From contig OZ244779.1 in assembly GCA_965219575.1 (NCBI GenBank), positions 1,004,769-1,068,768 on the forward strand: 64,000 bases of DNA, written 5' to 3'. The DNA comes from Candidatus Oxydemutatoraceae bacterium. GTDB lineage: Bacteria; Pseudomonadota; Gammaproteobacteria; Poriferisulfidales; Oxydemutatoraceae. Every line of letters starts with the position of its first letter. Within the stretch, counting starts at the first letter, position 1. The notes beneath the pieces are model-generated. The model saw only the letters and a program-made list of their open reading frames with translations, did no database searches and was not told the DNA's origin. The position numbers and the translations under genes are program-made. Of the stretch, positions 63,201 through 64,000 are shown piece after piece.

Positions 63201-64000
63201 ATACCATAAGTACTGCTACGGTCGGCATCACCCGAGGCTGCCGGTTAGCCGGCGATAATACCGAGACCTGTTCGGGTTACGAGTTGCGTAGAGATTTGGA
63301 TTTTGCAACCACCCGAAGCTATGTAGATGCGACGACGAATAGAGACGAATGGACGGTGGATGATCCCATGAATGACTCGGATAGCGGTTGGCTACCTATC
63401 GGTTCTATTGTTAGCAACGACTGTGAAGACTCGGGCAGCAATTGTTTTACTAGTACTTTTGAAGGCAACGGCTACGACATTTCCAATTTGCAAATCAACA
63501 GAGATACGGTCGACGACTCCGATATCGGATTGTTTGCAGTGCTGTCGTCGTCGGCGAGGATAGAGAATGTCGGCCTATTGAATGTAGCCGTTGAAGGCAG
63601 AGGTCATGTCGGTGGCTTGGTTGCGCAAAACGAGGGTGAAATCGTCAATAGCTATGTGCGAGGGGAAGTCAAGGGAACACAGCATAGCGTCGGCGGATTG
63701 GTTGCGTCTAATTCCAGTTCTATGACTAGCGTGATTGTCAACAGCTATGCAGACGCAACGGTAATGTCTACCGATGCGCTATTATCGGGTGGTTTGGTCG
63801 GCAACAATCACGGCAAGATTAGAAACAGCTATGCGGCGGGTAATGTGCGTGGTTCTTGTAATGTAGGAGGTTTGGTTGCCGAAAACGGAAGTGAAAGTGA
63901 AATTGTCAATAGCTATGTGTCGGGTGAGATAAGTAGATCCGGAAGCTGTAGCGATGACGGCACGCGGAATCGCGTCGGTGGTTTAGTTGTCGATAATGCA
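48227..64000 (+). CDS. giant secreted repetitive protein (GLUG beta-helix, cadherin-like/Ig-like and Asp-rich Ca-binding repeats), at least 5258 aa, 3'-truncated by window
   Basis: Frame +2 from ATG 48227 (GAGGT RBS; alternative ATG 48260), still in frame at 64000 (...RNRVGGLVVDNA); signal-peptide-like SILLLCLGLLVAQPLFA-QA; recurring VGGLV, NSY, WDFG; absent from the ORF track, consistent with no in-window stop. Confidence 0.92.
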   Translation, partial: MIEIIISFYIFMIHKRQIEVDFRVSILLLCLGLLVAQPLFAQAPSFEMACNTEDIDDNDNGLIELCYLEDVAAIQRDGTGLRRGTATLAEGCPTSGCNGYELVRNLDFTTTQSYMTGVVNSNWILNAADFMGTARQGWDPIGSVANNDCSDSGSRCFAAILEGNGYSISNLQINRDGANEIGLFAGNTGTIRNLGLREIEVEGNNRVGGLVGRNEGNLINAHVIDSRVEGSANNAGLLVGVSRPSALIINSYVRGTVEGSRWVGGICGLNFGRIINSYAEVMASGVREVGGLVAENQHGTIRNSYAMGSAHITANDSENRRSVGGLLAVLWRVSDSNPNPSVTNSYSTVRVTGNLARNNVGGLIGNTNISDPLITASYWDTETSERTASPGGGTPQTTDGLQMPTAPGTMASDVYYQWSTDDWDFGTMQTYAALRYAIGDDNDNPGCDVEPDTPLPPCGALLSGQAGRDRGLNTLFFVINGDRQDNTRVFRDRPFSPLVFDYDIKLPSLQTTIELIPYAVNDTATISVFSASDQDDDLFMGRRSGQESRPITLQANTNETMMVEVDGLTYNFNLIRGPQPSVEIVSFGTIPPTGTVDEGDDIVFEAVFRNGSEDYQYSLQQGGTALGQGQNSTATVTVTIPDNLVAAGEETTQTIYTITVDDSFDIVSRELMLTVNKIDNGEPQLELSVSPTMLSITSSVDDIDGVGTFSYQWQSRDEGDSGWNNLPSVTNSQMVAGNSANTIRYRVIVNHTDGQGHGKEYTIGLFPRDVDGDDDGLIDIYYLEDLNVIRYQVDGSGYTINPESDNIIADKIVSGCPANTCTGYELLRDLDFTTARSYVDATAEVQDQTTVLDEWTVDDPMNDSDTGWLPLATADVPFASLFNGNNNNISNLQINRDTADDSDIGLFAVLSPSARLENVGVLDVSIEGRGYVGGLVAQNEGVIVNSYAQGEVAGAQHSVGGLVALNSTATGVIINSYANVRLMSAGALLSGGLVGNNDGKIRNSYAAGNVGGACDVGGLVAENGSEGEIVNSYASGAVNRSGSCGDDGTRNRAGGLVADNAGLIRNSYVRGPISAGGGTAGGLFAVGATGTVEFSYWDSTVNSDITADSTAQTTADLLSLPSETGIYTNWNSADWDFGTAMQYPLLRYTSPTDIAIAAVCDDDLNTALPPCGSILLAQGEKGLSNLLFFTGDDAVALNRPFSLSLLSGYTVNVEDQTTIELLPYGINPRGESITITQNTTNTDYFVGKLSGEQSMPIPISKGESVLTISVGNDPTDTNPVTYSVTVNNMVSPVQVTDVTGPDTAVEGDPISLSQTATGGIGVNYTYRWTSEPADFLDGQTVTNATLSFNVPTDFVLGENTSRSVVIKSIVGDSFSESSAIKTVNIVKDDNGNPDFRTEVTVSTISIEAVPGSDPDGDGMITGASWERRTVDDVEWMPIPGQTSAMYSIPTEDRGDTRYRAQVVYIDAQGYSHTSSVLGPYRADIDDDDDGLIDIYYLEDLDTVRYQTDGSGYRASNEATRSSRGCMPVDTTETCSGYELRRDLDFMTTRSYLVATMNRTIWTVNNFGTDADTGWQPIGSIDGNSCSNTSSDCFTGVFEGNGYSISNLRINRDSTTGSLSDNIGLFVGNTGTIRNLGLSGIKVHGHRRVSGLVGLNAGNLINVYVDEGEVEGRNNGVGLLAGRSEGLIINSYVRGTVFSAGRFAGGICGATLGSGISNSYAIVDVTAMGNIGGLAGDTLGPIRNSYAMGSVRLTANANSGLVVGGLVGVMAVFNEPSITNSYSTVAVTADNPTGNIISGLIGDRTEAVDASAISDSYWDSNTSMQTTSMGGGTSKTTVELQMPTNRTAEIGIYANWNSADWDFGTSQTYAALRYAIGDDNANPGCDADPDTALPQCGDLLPGQIATVLPIEITNITVPETVNEGDVINLSAAVMGGNSDSYSYRWTSEPASLLAGVSETDIANPTLSFIVPTDFVLGEASNRDAVIELTVGDGLIESTATGTVTVEKVDNGNLSLSATVTTSTISIEILENDPDGAGSVAYTWEQRSIARAGWQPILNPSNSYTVPAQDASSFRYRVRLSYTDAQGYPYTSGVLGPFRAEIDDDDDGLIDIYYLEDLDAVRYQLDGTGYTPSTTTVKITRGCPLAGDNTETCSGYELRRDLSFTAMQSYVDATTNRDEWTVDNPMNDLDTGWPPIGGSFGSTFEGNGYSISNLQINRDTVDDSDIGLFAVLSSSARIKNVGLLNVAVEGRGYVGGLVAQNEGEIVNSYVQGEVKGAQHSVGGLVAFNSSSTTGVIVNSYANATVMSTGALLSGGLVGNNHGTIRNSYAAGHVSGVCDVGGLVAENGSGSEIINSYVSGEISRSGSCIDDGNRNRVGGLVADNAGLIRNSYVRGRVSGSGAIGGLFAVGATGTVESSYWDSTVNSGITIDTNARISADLQMPTMPGTIPTEIYYDWSTADWDFGDMTSYPALRYAEVDGVDSCDNDANTALPRCATLLSDQAGRNEGLSALFFVINGAEQDNDRIFRNQPFSSLLFDYDVVIPNTMNFQLRPYAINNTTMISIVKEADTSIDYFDSRLSGESSLDIPVSEGISEVIRITVDGVVYTLNLRVSPENPVRITSLVADPVAGSIVDEGQSVTLMFAVADGSSDNYRYSLQQAGRVIARSTDTTTFTAVVPTDFVQADLTTQSIVYTITVDDSFSTASAELMLIARKINNSIPQLELNIGPALLSISTTADADGIGTFMYQWERRDRVDSGWIDDSTSASATVPANSSSEIRYRVTVRHTDGQGDSNTYRINPFPVIVDGDSDGLIDLYYLEDLDTIRNSSDGSGYDIDTERDDITIDKNTLGCPNGGCIGYELSRSLDFDDDNSYSSTANKITWTTGAGWQPIGSISNDDCGDSASDCFNSIFEGNNNQLSNLRINRDTVDDAHIGLFTAVSQDARIENVGILDVAIEGRGYVGGLVARNAGVIVNSYVQGGAVTGTQHSLGGLVAINDSGVSTRATITNSYASVMTISTVVLSTGALVGRNRGVIRNSYASGNASGSCDVGGLVAENGNGSEIVNSYASGTVNRSGSCSDATRDRAAGLVAYNAGSIENSYVSGRVSGSGAVGGLVGNAEPTGTVTSSYWDSTVNSGITADADDGIATGTAALQEPTAPGSIATQIYHNWSTADWDFGTSRTYAVLRYAGGDDSDNPACDLDPDTPLPPCGALLLDQGGADRKGLGGLFFFVDGEPLDMSLLNKPFSFSVFSGYVINLENKALIELSPYGLNARGQSISIFRMGDTPRRDYFDEKHSGELSEPIRIPRGRSVLTIVVGDAPGDPDPVTYSFTVNNEVTTVEITDLTSNATMLEEGETINIEATVSGGARLNYRYQWTAEPAELLGRVSNADITSPTLSFSIPPDFVSLEATTRSAMIILTVRDNLSESRATETVVIEKVDNGARLFMTTVTTSEINIATVADDPDGNGDGTVDYSWELRSIDDDDWMSTSIVSNRYTVPAQDASSFRYRVRVSYTDAQGYDFDRLFGPYRADIDDDDDGLIDIYYLEDLDAVRYQTDGSGYTTSTATVKITRGCRPIDNIETCSGYELRRDLDFATTRSYVNAARHRGEWTVDNFATGSDGWQPIGEIPSGLFVDCNATGSDCLNSIFEGNGYSISNLQINRDLDGVGLFAGNNGTIRNLGLSEIRIEGGNQVGGIVASNDGILMNSHVDSSVAGVDRSVTGSLRVGLLAAANNGLIINSYARGDVRANTFVGGICGYSGGEIINSYADAEVVANNSSAGGLVGLMSRINEIDAIITDSYATGSVGAQDSQGSQGGIVGFLAQNTNIRNSYSTAEVTTMTASAGGLVGTSNASVFDSYWDVETSMQMRSAGGTSSTTAELQMPTIPGTTATEVYYNWSPDNWDFGNTMSYPALRYTDGGVDACAANPETALPRCGALLPEQNGRDEGLSILFFVIDDEEQDNADIFVNQPFSSLLFNYDVTIPYTENFRLRPYAINSTAAISITRAGDTQGIDYFNDASGELSDKIPLRGNMTEVLTITVDGVDYTLNIRVGPQDPVEITDFSSVPVAGSTVDEGDSVSLNIEIDGSSGDYDYLLQPGGIEISRVATTATFSVVIPDTFVEAGSTTQSITYTITVDDGFGTASAELMLVVRKTDNGEPQLEFNVGANSLEITPTVADIDGVGTFRYRWQSRAEGANDWTDISATNRYTVSGTPASTVRYRVIVNHTDGQQHSREYIIGPFPINVDGDGDGLIDVYYLEDLDAIRNRLDGSGYSVDPGSDSISVDKITLGCPSDTCVGYELLRDLNFTTEQSYVDATAQVQGQTTLLDEWTVNDPTDDSDSGWLPIGSGDTPFAALFRADNHKIFNLQINRDTVDDAHIGLFAALSQNARIENIGLLDVAIEGRGHVGSLVAQNEGVVVNSYVQGGEITGTQHSLGGLVASNSSMTGVVINSYASVTTTSTEVFSPGGLVGSNRGVIRNSYATGDVSGPCDVGGLVAESFVGSQIVNSYASGNVHRAGSCMDDGTLDSVGSLVGYHRGLIRNSYGSGRVSGSGTKGGLVGDAENSTVTFSYWDVETSMQMRSAGGTSQTTAELQMPTAPGSIANQVYFNWSTADWDFGTSLNYPIIRYTTATDILSEPACDDNLDTPLPQCGGVLLGQGDIGLSSILFFAGDDTLNEAELDPPFSLSVLSGYTVNTVDEVLIRLLPYGIDVLGETIAIFKTGDTLSVDYFEDRRSGELSAPIPISRGQSVVTVRVGDDPDTVDYSFIVNNEVSAVEVTDVAGDFTMRREGETVSLSATVQGGISDNYSYRWTSEPASLLAGLSEADITSRTLSFSIPLDFVSRDVLSRDAEIKLTVGDGFSVSSATETVTVEKVNDGDPNFTATVTAAEISIATVGDDPDGIGVTVYAWEQRSIANVVWEPIPGVPNTSNTYTVPPQNASSFRYRVRLSHTDAQGNPFSQVLGPFRAEIDDDDDGLIDIYYLEDLDAVRYQTDGSAYTISTATVGITRGCRLAGDNTETCSGYELRRDLDFATTRSYVDATTNRDEWTVDDPMNDSDSGWLPIGSIVSNDCEDSGSNCFTSTFEGNGYDISNLQINRDTVDDSDIGLFAVLSSSARIENVGLLNVAVEGRGHVGGLVAQNEGEIVNSYVRGEVKGTQHSVGGLVASNSSSMTSVIVNSYADATVMSTDALLSGGLVGNNHGKIRNSYAAGNVRGSCNVGGLVAENGSESEIVNSYVSGEISRSGSCSDDGTRNRVGGLVVDNA
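48386..64000 (+). repeat. at least 8 intragenic modules of ~2.1 kb
   Basis: (D/E)(I/V)DxDxDGLI(D/E)xxYLED motif at about 48386, 50531, 52673, 54521, 56627, 58808, 60941 and 63113. Confidence 0.92.

Noticed and set aside
48300-63563. Numerous short ORFs in the track
   Set aside because: Shadow ORFs overlapping the giant frame +2 gene

Overview
Chromosomal window from a Gammaproteobacterium-like genome; the HprK/PTS-Ntr block, tkt-gap-pgk-pyk order and host-interaction gene content suggest a host-associated organism, which is inference only. Housekeeping backbone: aroE (partial), rpe-trpEGDC, gatCAB, purL, metK-ahcY-rsmE, hpf-ptsN-hprK-rapZ-EIIA-ptsH-ptsI-mgtE, kdsC, tRNA-Cys/tRNA-Leu, yjbQ, ispG, tkt-gap-pgk-pyk and a class I fba. 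AT-rich accessory DNA is interspersed: two AAA_14/DUF4143-type ATPases, a PLD nuclease with a winged-helix-like C-terminus, an internally deleted IS1111-group (IS110) element inserted in a REP, and several dispersed repeat families. Three loci look like surface-variation devices. (i) A tandem array of four mosaic GT25 glycosyltransferases, separated by identically truncated IS3 halves, plus a fifth GT25 with a matching IS-end scar. (ii) A sulfotransferase frameshifted by an (ATAC)16 tract, a candidate phase-variation switch in the OFF state. (iii) A secreted protein of at least 5258 aa, missing from the ORF track, with at least 8 shuffled ~700-aa GLUG/Ig modules, running off the window end. 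All family calls come from motif recognition by eye; no database searches were run.
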